From positions 1-50,653 of the IMG/VR virus record IMGVR_UViG_3300019879_000025: a stretch of DNA of 50,653 bases; one strand, 5' to 3'. The first letter of the stretch is position 1. Every line of letters begins with the position of its first letter. The notes beneath the pieces were generated by a model. That model did not search any database. It saw nothing but the letters and a program-made list of their open reading frames with translations, and was not told the origin of the DNA. This stretch comes from a virus. Taxonomy: Duplodnaviria; Caudoviricetes. Positions 29,281 through 38,503 of the stretch are shown piece by piece. Both the position numbers and the translations under genes were made by a program.

Positions 29281-30540
29281 TTAATTGCTCGGCATGAGAG
29301 TGTAGGTGATCGTTGGCAGCAACGTTGCGGTTGAATTCAACAACGTCGCTGAATCGCCGGCGTTGGAGGTCTTGAACTGCAATGCCACCGCATGGGTTGC
29401 GCCGTCTCCCGTAACCACCCAATTCAACGAGAAGGATTCTGTATTGCCGGCAGCATTGCCGAACGTGACGGCTTCGGTCAGCACTCCGGCGTTGGCTGTT
29501 GAACAAACGGCGTTGTCCGTCAAAGCCGCATTTGCTTGCACTACTGCGGTCGCCGTGCCCAATCCACCACTTGCCTGAATTCCAAGTTTCCACCCTGTAG
29601 GGATTACAACAGAGAAGCAGAGATTAGTACTGTCCGTCACAACGTAAGTGGTCGAAGCAGTTGTGTAGTTTCCGGCTCCGCTACCTTTCTTGAGCGTCAT
29701 GCCCATCGTCGCCGTTGCGGCAACGTTACTGATCGCGCCGCTCGTGCCGGAGAGGGCTAGAGTGCCCGCATTGATCCCTGGTACCTGTATTGAGTTGCTG
29801 ATAACTACTGAATTTGTTGTAGTACCTGCAACCGCTGGCGCTGTGAATGTCACTGTGCCACTGGTTGAGCCATTTAATCCAAGTATCCCGCTGCCAGTTC
29901 CAGCTACGCCTAGGTTAAGCTGGTATCCATTCAGTAGCCGCATTCTTTCTAGAGAGTTGGTTCCAAAAACAATCGGCGTTGTATTGCTAGTATAGACTAG
30001 AGCGGTTGCCGCATTTCCCCAGAAAATCCTGCCTAGATTCGCATTGGAAAATCCCAGGGTGGTCCCAGTAGCATTGACTCCCTTGTACTGCATTAGCAGG
30101 GAATTTGTGTTTGTTTGGTAATCGGAACTTTCTAACTCCATAGTTGCCTGATCTGCCGCCGCCCCTGCGGTTCCATCGCCCTGAATGTCCTGATTAGCTC
30201 CGTTCGCCCCGCCAAAAACATAAAGCCTGGACTGATTAGCCGCAATGTTTGTCTGCGAACCAATTCTAACCTCGGTCGATGTAGCCGCAATCGCGGTAAA
30301 AGATGTTCCTGTTTCAAATAGTTCAAAACGCCCAGAAGAAAGACGCCCTGTATCCATTTGCCATGTTCTAGCAAAATCAACAAAGCTTATACTCGGAGAT
30401 GATGCCCCACCACTGTTCCATATATGGCTACCAGTCCACGTCGGTGTCGCGCTGAGACTCACACCACCACTGGATGTACCAGAAACATTCTGCCCGAAAC
30501 ATGGGATGCTGATTAACGCCAACACTATAAAGATCTTCAT
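29281..30540 (-). CDS. Fibre-like protein with N-terminal signal peptide
   Basis: ATG 30540 is ATGA-coupled; MKIFIVLALISIPCFG|Q signal; Gly/Ser/Thr-rich with tail-fibre-like FGTNSLERMRL and LNGSTSGTVTFTAPAVAG segments. Confidence 0.7.
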   Translation of the reverse strand: MKIFIVLALISIPCFGQNVSGTSSGGVSLSATPTWTGSHIWNSGGASSPSISFVDFARTWQMDTGRLSSGRFELFETGTSFTAIAATSTEVRIGSQTNIAANQSRLYVFGGANGANQDIQGDGTAGAAADQATMELESSDYQTNTNSLLMQYKGVNATGTTLGFSNANLGRIFWGNAATALVYTSNTTPIVFGTNSLERMRLLNGYQLNLGVAGTGSGILGLNGSTSGTVTFTAPAVAGTTTNSVVISNSIQVPGINAGTLALSGTSGAISNVAATATMGMTLKKGSGAGNYTTASTTYVVTDSTNLCFSVVIPTGWKLGIQASGGLGTATAVVQANAALTDNAVCSTANAGVLTEAVTFGNAAGNTESFSLNWVVTGDGATHAVALQFKTSNAGDSATLLNSTATLLPTITYTLMPSN

Positions 30541-31706
30541 TTCACCAACCCCGTAATCCACGCCGTTACTGAAGCAGTCTTGTTGGCACAGTTAGTGCCA
30601 GTGGACATCGCTACAGAAATTCCCGTAGTAAATACCGCTGGCGGGCCGGGAAGAAAGCTTATACTCGCCGTACCTGATCCACCGCTATCAGGCGTAAGAC
30701 GAAAGCAATAAATTGGCGTTACCGCGCCGTCTACTGGCACCGTAGCAGAGTTAAATATCATCACCAGACCATTGACCGTAGACGTTACTACCACTCCGTA
30801 AAAATTACCGGATGTAGACTTCAGTACGTGCCCTGACTCCGTAGCCGTAGATTGGACTGTCTGTATCCCCGCCGCCTGTGATCCCGTGGCCGCTGTGTAG
30901 ACTCCGTTACTTCCTGAGTCGCCTACCCACACGGAAGCGACTGTAAGAGTGAAACTGGATACCGGGTTGATTGTTCCCGCTACCGCTTGAATCTTCAATG
31001 GCTGGGTATTGACATTCGGCCCATTGGCCCCGTTAAACTGCTGCGCTACTATGTTTGTCGGGGAGTCAATAGCAAACCAAAAACGATCTCCCCGGAAATA
31101 GACGAAATAGACGTGTGTATTCCCGTCTGTTGGCTGCTTATTGTTCCCCGTGGCCGCAGATAGATCCTGAATATTGGTCCTCGCGCTGCCAGCAAAACAC
31201 ACAGCAAACATCTTGGCTGTATTGGCTGGCGCCGATGCCTGAATCTCAAAGCCGCATCCTTCCGTGATCGGCGAAGCCGCTGTAGGTGAACCTGTAGACG
31301 TACCAAACCCCCAGAATGCCTCTACGTTAGCAGGAATAGGAGTATCGAACTTTATTGCATCCTCAAATACCACGAACCCCGGAGGTACAGGCTGGTAGCT
31401 GACTTGGCTTTGAATAAAACTGAATCCGTTCGCTGTCGTTCCTGATCCCAGCGTGATTGCACCGCCGCCCGCTACAAAAGCCTCAGCCACGCCACCACCA
31501 GCAGCCGTAGGAGAATTCCATTTTGCCCCTGTATCGAATGAGGTTTCAAAACCATCATAAAATAGGCTTGTTGGCGTCGATGCCGTCCGTGTCGTTCCGT
31601 CTGGGTTTGTACTCGCCGTCCCGCCTCCTCCGCCGAGAGTTCCACCTGTGCTCTGAGCGAAACACGAAATGGTCGAGAGCAATAAAATAGCAAGTAAGCG
31701 TTTCAT
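30537..31706 (-). CDS. Beta-rich virion-like protein with N-terminal signal peptide (389 aa)
   Basis: MKRLLAILLLSTISCFA|Q; lectin/ConA-like middle; C-terminal VLKSTSGNFYG...FTTGISVAMST domain. Confidence 0.7.
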   Translation of the reverse strand: MKRLLAILLLSTISCFAQSTGGTLGGGGGTASTNPDGTTRTASTPTSLFYDGFETSFDTGAKWNSPTAAGGGVAEAFVAGGGAITLGSGTTANGFSFIQSQVSYQPVPPGFVVFEDAIKFDTPIPANVEAFWGFGTSTGSPTAASPITEGCGFEIQASAPANTAKMFAVCFAGSARTNIQDLSAATGNNKQPTDGNTHVYFVYFRGDRFWFAIDSPTNIVAQQFNGANGPNVNTQPLKIQAVAGTINPVSSFTLTVASVWVGDSGSNGVYTAATGSQAAGIQTVQSTATESGHVLKSTSGNFYGVVVTSTVNGLVMIFNSATVPVDGAVTPIYCFRLTPDSGGSGTASISFLPGPPAVFTTGISVAMSTGTNCANKTASVTAWITGLVK

Positions 31707-32059
31707 TCGTCCTCCGTGACTCTGATCGCTGTAGTTGCGGCAGTGGCTGATGTCGCCTTTAATAGTGGATCGGCAGCACGGAAGTTGAAGGCTCCAGCCG
31801 AGTTTTGTTGTGGCAACCCGAGCAATGGGCCCTGGTTATTGCCGACCGCTACCGAGTTTTGCAGGATGATGGGCTCGGTTTGCGGTGCGACCTGGAAAGT
31901 GGTCTTGAATCCATCCTTCATGCTCGTGTAGATCAATCCGGTTGGAACCGAAATCGATCCGTCTTCGATGATCTCCGCACGCCGGGCCGGGATACTGGAC
32001 AATACGGTTACTGCCGCTCCGCCGGCGGCGTTCAACGCAATCAATCTAACGCTAGACAT
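31703..32059 (-). CDS. Small beta-rich structural-type protein (118 aa)
   Basis: Translationally coupled on both sides. Confidence 0.55.
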   Translation of the reverse strand: MSSVRLIALNAAGGAAVTVLSSIPARRAEIIEDGSISVPTGLIYTSMKDGFKTTFQVAPQTEPIILQNSVAVGNNQGPLLGLPQQNSAGAFNFRAADPLLKATSATAATTAIRVTEDE

Positions 32060-32373
32060 TAGTTCCCCCCAGCCAGGAATGCCTCGAGATCGCGGGCCAG
32101 AACGCAGTGCACTTCCGCTCCGCGTTTATTTATTTCCTCGTGGTCGTTGGGCCAGATCCGATGACCGTGGCTCACGAGGCTCGATTTTCTCTTGATGATG
32201 AAATCGATGAGCTTACGGAACCTTGTCGCTCCAAGCTCTTTTTCTATCTCATCCATATCAAAACTGTCGTGGTACCCATCATTTCCTTCAGCAGGTGAGC
32301 ATTTAAGAGTTGAGCATGCTCCATGCTGCCGGTGGAATAGCCTCAGAAGGTCTACTTTTACGTTTGCCTGCAT
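32059..32373 (-). CDS. Hypothetical protein (104 aa)
   Basis: RBS GGAGG; TAATG-coupled to the next gene. Confidence 0.55.
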   Translation of the reverse strand: MQANVKVDLLRLFHRQHGACSTLKCSPAEGNDGYHDSFDMDEIEKELGATRFRKLIDFIIKRKSSLVSHGHRIWPNDHEEINKRGAEVHCVLARDLEAFLAGGN

Positions 32374-32376
32374 TGG

Positions 32377-32595
32377 TTAACCTCCCTGGTATTTACGTGC
32401 CATTTCGAGTACCCGCGCGCCTACACCCCTTTTTTTAGGTGGTCCCGTTACCTTCTGGCCGGGACTGGCGTTCCTGGAGTTGGCCGTTGCATAGAACATG
32501 CTCTTGACGTCCTTCTCCGGTTTCTCTGGATGTGCGCGGCGCATCGAGTCCATTACCTGGCTTCCATGGCCTTCAAAGTATTTATTGATGGGCAT
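32377..32595 (-). CDS. Small basic phage protein (MPINKYFEGHGSQVMDSM...SMFYATAN)
   Basis: ATG 32595 after GGAGA; resembles small basic MPL..KG.KIM..M...FYA..N phage proteins. Confidence 0.6.
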   Translation of the reverse strand: MPINKYFEGHGSQVMDSMRRAHPEKPEKDVKSMFYATANSRNASPGQKVTGPPKKRGVGARVLEMARKYQGG

Positions 32596-32664
32596 TCGCC
32601 GTCTCCTGCCGTTGGCCTGTTCGCGCTGTAGAGGCGAGGCTGATGTCGCGGTCAGCATCGCCAT

Positions 32665-32778
32665 CTACGAGCAATTGATAGTGGAGCTTCCGGCAGGAAT
32701 TGTCTGAATGCGCTGATCCTGCTCGGTAAGGTCCTGGCGAACAAAGACGTAGATCGCCAGGTCGTCAAGCGCTGACAT
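32665..32778 (-). pseudogene. 37-aa ORF, possible remnant of a PTH2-like (peptidyl-tRNA hydrolase) gene
   Basis: TAATG-coupled start. MSALDDLAIYVFVRQDLTEQDQRIQ resembles the YxFVRxDL...Q N-terminus of PTH2-like proteins, then stops early. Confidence 0.3.
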
Positions 32779-34439
32779 TACAGTACTGGCTCGATGGTGA
32801 CTTTGCGCACCGTAAACGTAGTCCAGGACGAGGCGGTCGCTGTCATGTTCAGGGTGATGTAGTTCTGCACCGTAAGATCAAGCGCAGTCGATGGTGCGGT
32901 CGTTGCGTCCAACTGGGGGCCGAACGCAGGCGGCGCGGCCGCTGCAGTCGTTGACACGATCCATCCAGTAGGACTTTGACACTCAATCGTGCCCGTAGCG
33001 CCAGTTGCAGACGTGGAACAGATTGTAGTGAAAGTCCAGTTTGCTCCCGCCGCTGGCCAGATAGTTGATGCCGTGAAGTTTACGGTATCGACCGTCTGTA
33101 CTCCAGTTGCCTGGCGAGGCCCGATGTTGACCTTGGCTGTTCCTGCAATAGTTACGGCCGCTGCGGTTCCGACTCCAGAGAACGTGATCCGGTAGGACTT
33201 TTCCAGGCCGGTGTTGAAGAAACCAGCGGGAATCGGGATCTCTGCTGCCTGCTGGATGGTCGTCACGGTAGTGATCGCTGGGAATGGTCCGTAGACGCGC
33301 GGCATGCCTGGGTTCGAGGATGGAATGGTATGCAGCGGGAAGAACCGAACCGCGGTAGCCGTTCCACCAGCCAGGGGTACGCCAGCCGTTGCAGTGATGA
33401 TCGCTGTTACTACCGCGTTGGACGTCAACGAGCAAGCCGTTACTACCGCACTGAGAGGTGCAGCGGTACAACCAGCCGACGTCGGTGCATACAGAATCTC
33501 GGTCAGTGTCCCACCGCCGTTTGCCGATAGATATGGCCGCCACCCTACTGAGTTAGGACAGCCGGCAACTCCTGGGGTTACGACCGTGATGCTATTCGTT
33601 GATCCTGCGCCTGTTGTAACGACAGAAGTGGCGGCGGTCTCAGTGGCTGGTGCACTCTCCCTCCCAATGGCATCAACGCATGCGGCAGTAGCGCGGATAG
33701 CCTGGCCGGTCGCAATCGTTCCACCAGATGTTGAGGTTGTGAGCGTTGCGGCCGCTCCGCCCGCTGTCGTTAGAGCCGTAGGAGCGGCAGTCAATGATAG
33801 TGAACTCGGGCCGAGTTGGTACCACTGGCCCGTTGTCCAGTCGTGCAAGAACTGGTTCGCGCTCGACATATTAGCGATAGTCGAACCCTGTAGAACGAGG
33901 GCCGCAGTGCAACCCTGATCATAGAATTCCTGGGTGATAGCGACTGTTCCCTGTACGCCAGCGCCCAAGAAGTTCAAGGCTTCAGCCACGCCGCATGTTC
34001 CTGAGCTTAGGACATATCCACCGGTATGCGAGTTGGCAGTAGCCAAACTCAGAACACAGGATGGTGCGGCATTAGTCGTAACCGAGTTCAATGCCACGGT
34101 CTCAGTCAGCGCTGAGTTTGACGTGTCAGACACCTTAACCGTTGCGTTCGTCGCGAAGGGCACGAAGCGGACGCCGGAAGTGATCGGCATATAGCAGCCG
34201 TCATTGAAGTTCTGGAAGTTGGCGAAGCCTCCGCCCGAGTTTGGCTGGCTGAAGACCTGGTAGTTGAATCGGCTGGCCACCAGTTCACCGTTGACCTTGA
34301 ACTGGCTTACGCCATAGAACCCGCTGTTATTGAACGTCTGGACCTGGGCGAATGTCGGTGTCGGCAGTGCCAACAGGAGACAGACGGCAACGAGGGCCGC
34401 AGTCACCGTGTGGCGAAGGATTGATGTGAGGAATTTCAT
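32778..34439 (-). CDS. Secreted-type Ala/Thr-rich virion-like protein with signal peptide (553 aa)
   Basis: ATG 34439 after CAGGAG; MKFLTSILRHTVTAALVAVCLLLALPTPTFA|Q; 10 Cys in the mature part. Confidence 0.75.
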   Translation of the reverse strand: MKFLTSILRHTVTAALVAVCLLLALPTPTFAQVQTFNNSGFYGVSQFKVNGELVASRFNYQVFSQPNSGGGFANFQNFNDGCYMPITSGVRFVPFATNATVKVSDTSNSALTETVALNSVTTNAAPSCVLSLATANSHTGGYVLSSGTCGVAEALNFLGAGVQGTVAITQEFYDQGCTAALVLQGSTIANMSSANQFLHDWTTGQWYQLGPSSLSLTAAPTALTTAGGAAATLTTSTSGGTIATGQAIRATAACVDAIGRESAPATETAATSVVTTGAGSTNSITVVTPGVAGCPNSVGWRPYLSANGGGTLTEILYAPTSAGCTAAPLSAVVTACSLTSNAVVTAIITATAGVPLAGGTATAVRFFPLHTIPSSNPGMPRVYGPFPAITTVTTIQQAAEIPIPAGFFNTGLEKSYRITFSGVGTAAAVTIAGTAKVNIGPRQATGVQTVDTVNFTASTIWPAAGANWTFTTICSTSATGATGTIECQSPTGWIVSTTAAAAPPAFGPQLDATTAPSTALDLTVQNYITLNMTATASSWTTFTVRKVTIEPVL

Positions 34440-34443
34440 GGTG

Positions 34444-35785
34444 TTAGTTCTCCTGTTGAACGAGTTCTCGAGCATGCCTGTGCTCGGAAGTCTTGCCCTG
34501 CTGCTTGATCAGCAACAGGTCTTGCTGGGCTTCTGCCATGGTCTTGCCTTCCATGGTCATGGCCCAAATCTCTGCATCACCATTCGAATTGGGGAAGAAA
34601 CGGTGATACAACCTGCGAAGTTGACTCTGTGTGGCTGTGCGGAATTCTTCTTCGAAGTCCACACGTCCTGGCCGAAGTAGCGCTGGGTCCAGGCGATCAC
34701 GGTGGTTTGTGGTCATGAGGACGATAGAGCCTTCGCTGGCCATGAAACCGTCGAGCGAGTTAAGGATTCCGGTCAGCGTCAGACCTTTGGTCGCTGGAAC
34801 TTTGTCCCCTTCGATAATGCTGCGGTCGTGTGTTACAAACGCAGCGTCGACGTCCTCGAGAACCATAAAACTGTTCGGCGGGATCTCACTCAGCAGACAG
34901 GCAAACCGTTCATCGTTCATCTCTTCGCTAGCCAGACTGAGAATGTAAAGATTCATTTTGAGCTCGCCAGCGAGTGCGCCGATGATAGAAGTCTTCCCGC
35001 TTCCTGGTGTTCCGTGAAAGAGCATACCCATGTGATAGGGTATACCCATTTCCTGGTACCAGGACTTATCCGCAAGGAACGCCCTGAGCTTGAGAACGAT
35101 GGTTTCCGCCACTCCATCAGGCAGGATCACACTCTCAATCTTTCGTGGGGTGAAGGTGCGCAACCGGCGCCAGTTAGACCATACTCCGACGAAAGCGCTG
35201 ATCTTTTTGGCCTGGAATGAGACTGCGCGGTCAATAACTTCATTCAGCAGTTGCCGGAGAACATCCTGGGATCTACCGAATATCCGCAGGTGATAACTCT
35301 CTTCACGGAACCTGAAGTTGTTCGCCTGGTTCTTGTTGCCTCCTATTTCAGCCGGCGTCGAGCCATCGCCACGACTAAGCCATAAGAGAGTACCGCCATA
35401 CACAAAGAAGTGCTGACCCTTTGGATGGGGACAGGATCAACCGCGGGCGCTTTACCTCCTCAACTTCATGCGCGACGGTTGGGGTGGAATCGCAATTTGA
35501 TGCGCTATTGCCACTAACTTCGTAGTTCCCTACCGTACTCGCTGCCAACCGTCGAGTCCTTTTGCTGTATGGATGATCATTCAGCCACAAGGTGATCCAG
35601 TCAAAGAGTGGGTCGTTATTCAGAACAGTGACCTCCACCACGAACTGCTCGCGCAGGTGACTCCAGAGACGATTCGGAAGATTGCGCGCGAACGCAATGA
35701 TGCTGGCTGTGATCGTGAGGACTAAACCTCCAGAGAGAAACGGGTTGGATAGTTGGTGCTTTAGGGCTTCAATCAGTTGATGCAG
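34444..35785 (-). CDS. BCS1-like AAA ATPase (TM helix + BCS1_N + AAA), interrupted by a +1 frameshift near 35417-35422
   Basis: N-part (CTG start 35785 after AAGGA): NPFLSGGLVL...VEVTVLNNDPLFDWITLWL. C-part: Walker A GTPGSGKTS, Walker B LEDVD, LTGILNSLDG, MTTNH, LDPALLRPGRVD. Removing one base at AAAGGG gives in-frame SPSKGQHFFVYGGTLLWLSR. Confidence 0.8.
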
Positions 35786-35799
35786 GCTATTTCCTTTTC

Positions 35800-35877
35800 T
35801 GGCGGGAGAACCGGGATTTGAACCCGGAAATACGGCTTTGGAGGCCGTCGGTTTGCTCTGTTAAAGCCTATTCTCCC
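35800..35877 (-). tRNA. tRNA-Trp(CCA)
   Basis: GGGAGAA/TTCTCCC acceptor stem, ACGGC-CTCCAAA-GCCGT anticodon arm, CCGGG-TTCAAAT-CCCGG T-arm, discriminator G plus encoded CCA. D-arm irregular. Confidence 0.88.
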
Positions 35878-35891
35878 AAGAATTAAAATTA

Positions 35892-36203
35892 TTCCGCAGG
35901 ATCACACTCAACCTGCGTCGTTATCTGCCATTGGTGGAGCGGAATGCATCGGGTTATCGCGGCCTCAAGCTACCGATGCCTTCTGAAACGCCGCTTAAAT
36001 CCAGTGTCTGCCCGCGTCCAGGTTAGGCACTTGATCCCCGCGACCTTCTGGCCTTTCACGTCTTCGAATCTTCCCGGCGCTACCTCTCGGTATTGCATGC
36101 GCCATTCCGATTCGCATCACTAGATCGACTTTTAGCCATTTTGGCTTTCGCCTAATGGCACACCGGCTCAGTCGTCCAACCGGAGCGTAGTGTTTTTGCG
36201 GAA
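35892..36203 (-). ncRNA. Candidate large structured ncRNA (~312 nt) upstream of tRNA-Trp
   Basis: No ORF of 60 aa or more. Ends complementary (TTCCGCA/TGCGGAA), many nested stems, and GNRA-capped hairpins (GGC-GAAA-GCC, TACC-GAGA-GGTA). Confidence 0.6.
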
Positions 36204-36208
36204 GTCAA

Positions 36209-36664
36209 TTACGGACTTGCAGGAGGCCCAGACTGTATCCCAACAGCCGAGGCTGCCGGAACTCCAGTCTTTGCTGTGAGCGATACAGGCAAGGCCGGCA
36301 ATAACTGACCATTCTTCGCCGCGTGCGCGTGGAACAAAGCAGCCAATTTCTGAAAGTCGGCGACCTCAGCCGCTGTGATCCCTTCAATGGTAAGGGTATT
36401 TGTTCCATCTGCTACTGCTACGACCTTGATCGAAGCATCCACCAGATAGCCGAGGGCTGCGCTACTGGCGCGCGTGATTTCTTCTGCCGTGACAGCCAAA
36501 GCGGTAATGGCTGGTCCGCCAACACCAGATGCGATAATAGTTTGTTCGATCTTGTCCGCTCCGGCTAGAACTTTCTCGATCCTGTCGGAACCGTTGACTA
36601 TATCGCGGGCAATAACTGCGACGTAGTGGCCTAGATTTTTGAATGTGAAGTACTTCAAGAATGA
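36209..36664 (-). CDS. Hypothetical protein (~151 aa)
   Basis: MSFLKYFTFK after AAGGAG; amphipathic helices. Confidence 0.6.
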   Translation of the reverse strand, partial: SFLKYFTFKNLGHYVAVIARDIVNGSDRIEKVLAGADKIEQTIIASGVGGPAITALAVTAEEITRASSAALGYLVDASIKVVAVADGTNTLTIEGITAAEVADFQKLAALFHAHAAKNGQLLPALPVSLTAKTGVPAASAVGIQSGPPASP

Positions 36665-36690
36665 CATCTACTAAACTCCTTTGTTTTTGG

Positions 36691-37461
36691 TTATTTACCG
36701 AGGAAAACCTTGAACTCCGCGCCTTTGGCTCCAAGTTCGACGATGGACCGGAGAACCACCAGAGCCCAGCCCTTCTTTGTCCGCGGCGCCGTGTAGTCAT
36801 GCTGGACCTTGTCCATAATCAACCGCACATCTTCAGCCGTAAGTTTAAGTTGGACAAGCAATGCCGCTACCTGCTTGAGGACTTCCTGTATGTCCTTATC
36901 TTTCAGCAGGTTCTCATCGAGATCAACGCCCATCGTGTTCAGTGTTGCGACAAGCGTGCCGATATTGGTGATGGCAGTGCGCGCCTGGATGACAGTCGAT
37001 GGCATCTCTTTTAACGTATCGTTGAGGTACCCGACGGAAGACTTGAACCCTCCAAGGACGATTGGACTATCAGTGTTCAACTGCTTATAGAGCTTCAATT
37101 GCTCCTGATCGACATCGAATATCGTTTTGTGGATGGTCTTTTCGTTCTTGTATAACTGCGTCAGGATCCCATCGTAGGAACCTGTATGCGGGTGATCTGG
37201 GCTGCCGCCATCGCCGTTGATCTTCCAGGATGCTACGTCGACGCCGGTCTGCACGCTTGTCAGGAGTGTGTTGAGCTTCGGCACCAGGGAGTTTACGCCC
37301 GCCACGTCGAGAGGCTTATCGGGAGTGGAGTTCACCACCAGGGTGTCGACGTGCAAGACCAGGACAAAAATGGCGATAAGGATCAACAGCACTACCAGCC
37401 ACCAGGAAATCTTCATGATCTCCGCAATACTCCTCATGTAATCACGGGGTTTTTGGTTCAT
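36691..37461 (-). CDS. Membrane-anchored coiled-coil protein (i-spanin/MlaD-like, putative)
   Basis: N-terminal TM WWLVVLLILIAIFVLVL and a long helical periplasmic region; follows the endolysin. Confidence 0.5.
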   Translation of the reverse strand: MNQKPRDYMRSIAEIMKISWWLVVLLILIAIFVLVLHVDTLVVNSTPDKPLDVAGVNSLVPKLNTLLTSVQTGVDVASWKINGDGGSPDHPHTGSYDGILTQLYKNEKTIHKTIFDVDQEQLKLYKQLNTDSPIVLGGFKSSVGYLNDTLKEMPSTVIQARTAITNIGTLVATLNTMGVDLDENLLKDKDIQEVLKQVAALLVQLKLTAEDVRLIMDKVQHDYTAPRTKKGWALVVLRSIVELGAKGAEFKVFLGK

Positions 37462-37912
37462 TGGTGGCTCCCTCTATTTCGGTGTACGTGATGTACACCT
37501 GCTCGCCCTTATCGATGGCAGCGGCGATGAGAATAAACAGCCGCTGGAACGCATTGGCGCTATTGCCGATGAAATCTGAGACGTCTGGAGCGTGCGTCTC
37601 TGCCACAAGCAGGCACCCCTCAGTGTCCTTCGGATAGTTTCCGGTGTGGATCTCGATTCCTTCGAAGCCAGGGACGTGTTCGACATGCGGCATCAGCCTT
37701 TTGTGCTTGGCCGACATCCGGATCGTCACATCGTAGAGACCGACCGGGATGCACCGCGGTTTCTCTTCACGCTTGGGCGGTTCCAGGGTGTAGCAGAACT
37801 GCTGCTCGCTGGCAACGCGATTGGTCCCGATTGGTGCACCAGATACGAACAGCGTGCCGATGGTGGACTTGTCAGTGAAGATCGTGCGGACTACTTTGAG
37901 TTGGAGGCTCAT
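37442..37912 (-). CDS. DUF5675-family putative endolysin
   Basis: STIGTLF...FCYTLEP...CIPVGLYDV...VPGFEGIEIHTGNYPKDTEGCLLV is the DUF5675 signature. Confidence 0.8.
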   Translation of the reverse strand: MSLQLKVVRTIFTDKSTIGTLFVSGAPIGTNRVASEQQFCYTLEPPKREEKPRCIPVGLYDVTIRMSAKHKRLMPHVEHVPGFEGIEIHTGNYPKDTEGCLLVAETHAPDVSDFIGNSANAFQRLFILIAAAIDKGEQVYITYTEIEGATNEPKTP

Positions 37913-38217
37913 CGGCTGTACCACATCCAGCATTTACGGGTCTTGTCCCATGTAAGTTGGGCCTCATGGAACTGCGTATGCAGCGCCGGCACTGTTTCGG
38001 GACACAGATAGTCCACTCGATCACCGAAGGCGATCGAGCCATCAGCAGATGCGTAATACCATCTGCCCTTGGGCCACTGCGTGAGTACCGTACGGGGTGA
38101 AGACTTGACCACCGTCCCGGCGTTTATCTTGTACGGTTTGTGCGAGAACACCATCCCCGCGCAACCAGTCATGATCACCAGTAAGAGCAAGACCCCGAAG
38201 GCGGCAGTTGTTTTCAC
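37909..38217 (-). CDS. Lipoprotein in the lysis cluster (o-spanin candidate)
   Basis: GTG 38217 overlaps the upstream stop; MKTTAAFGVLLLLVIMTG|C lipobox. Confidence 0.6.
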   Translation of the reverse strand: MKTTAAFGVLLLLVIMTGCAGMVFSHKPYKINAGTVVKSSPRTVLTQWPKGRWYYASADGSIAFGDRVDYLCPETVPALHTQFHEAQLTWDKTRKCWMWYSR

Positions 38218-38489
38218 AGTGTCACCTTCGGGCCTGGTACCACTGGGGGAGGTGGAGGCTCCTTTTGCTGCTCTTTCGATTTTGCTATTGCCAGTCCGCT
38301 TATGAGGCCGCCGAACAGGCCAGAAAAGAACAGCCAAGCATTTGTGGAAAACTTGAAACCTTCGGCGAGTTGCTGGGACTGTGCTGGGTACTTGATCGCC
38401 AGACATTCAAAGGCGAGCACCATGGCCATCGTAAGCAGCAGGAAGAACGAAACCAGGAACTTGTCGAAGTGATCTCTTATGAAACCCAT
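38214..38489 (-). CDS. Holin-like two-TM membrane protein
   Basis: Two hydrophobic helices and a charged Pro-rich tail; next to the endolysin. Confidence 0.55.
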   Translation of the reverse strand: MGFIRDHFDKFLVSFFLLLTMAMVLAFECLAIKYPAQSQQLAEGFKFSTNAWLFFSGLFGGLISGLAIAKSKEQQKEPPPPPVVPGPKVTL

Positions 38490-38503
38490 TGGTTTGCCTC
38501 TTT

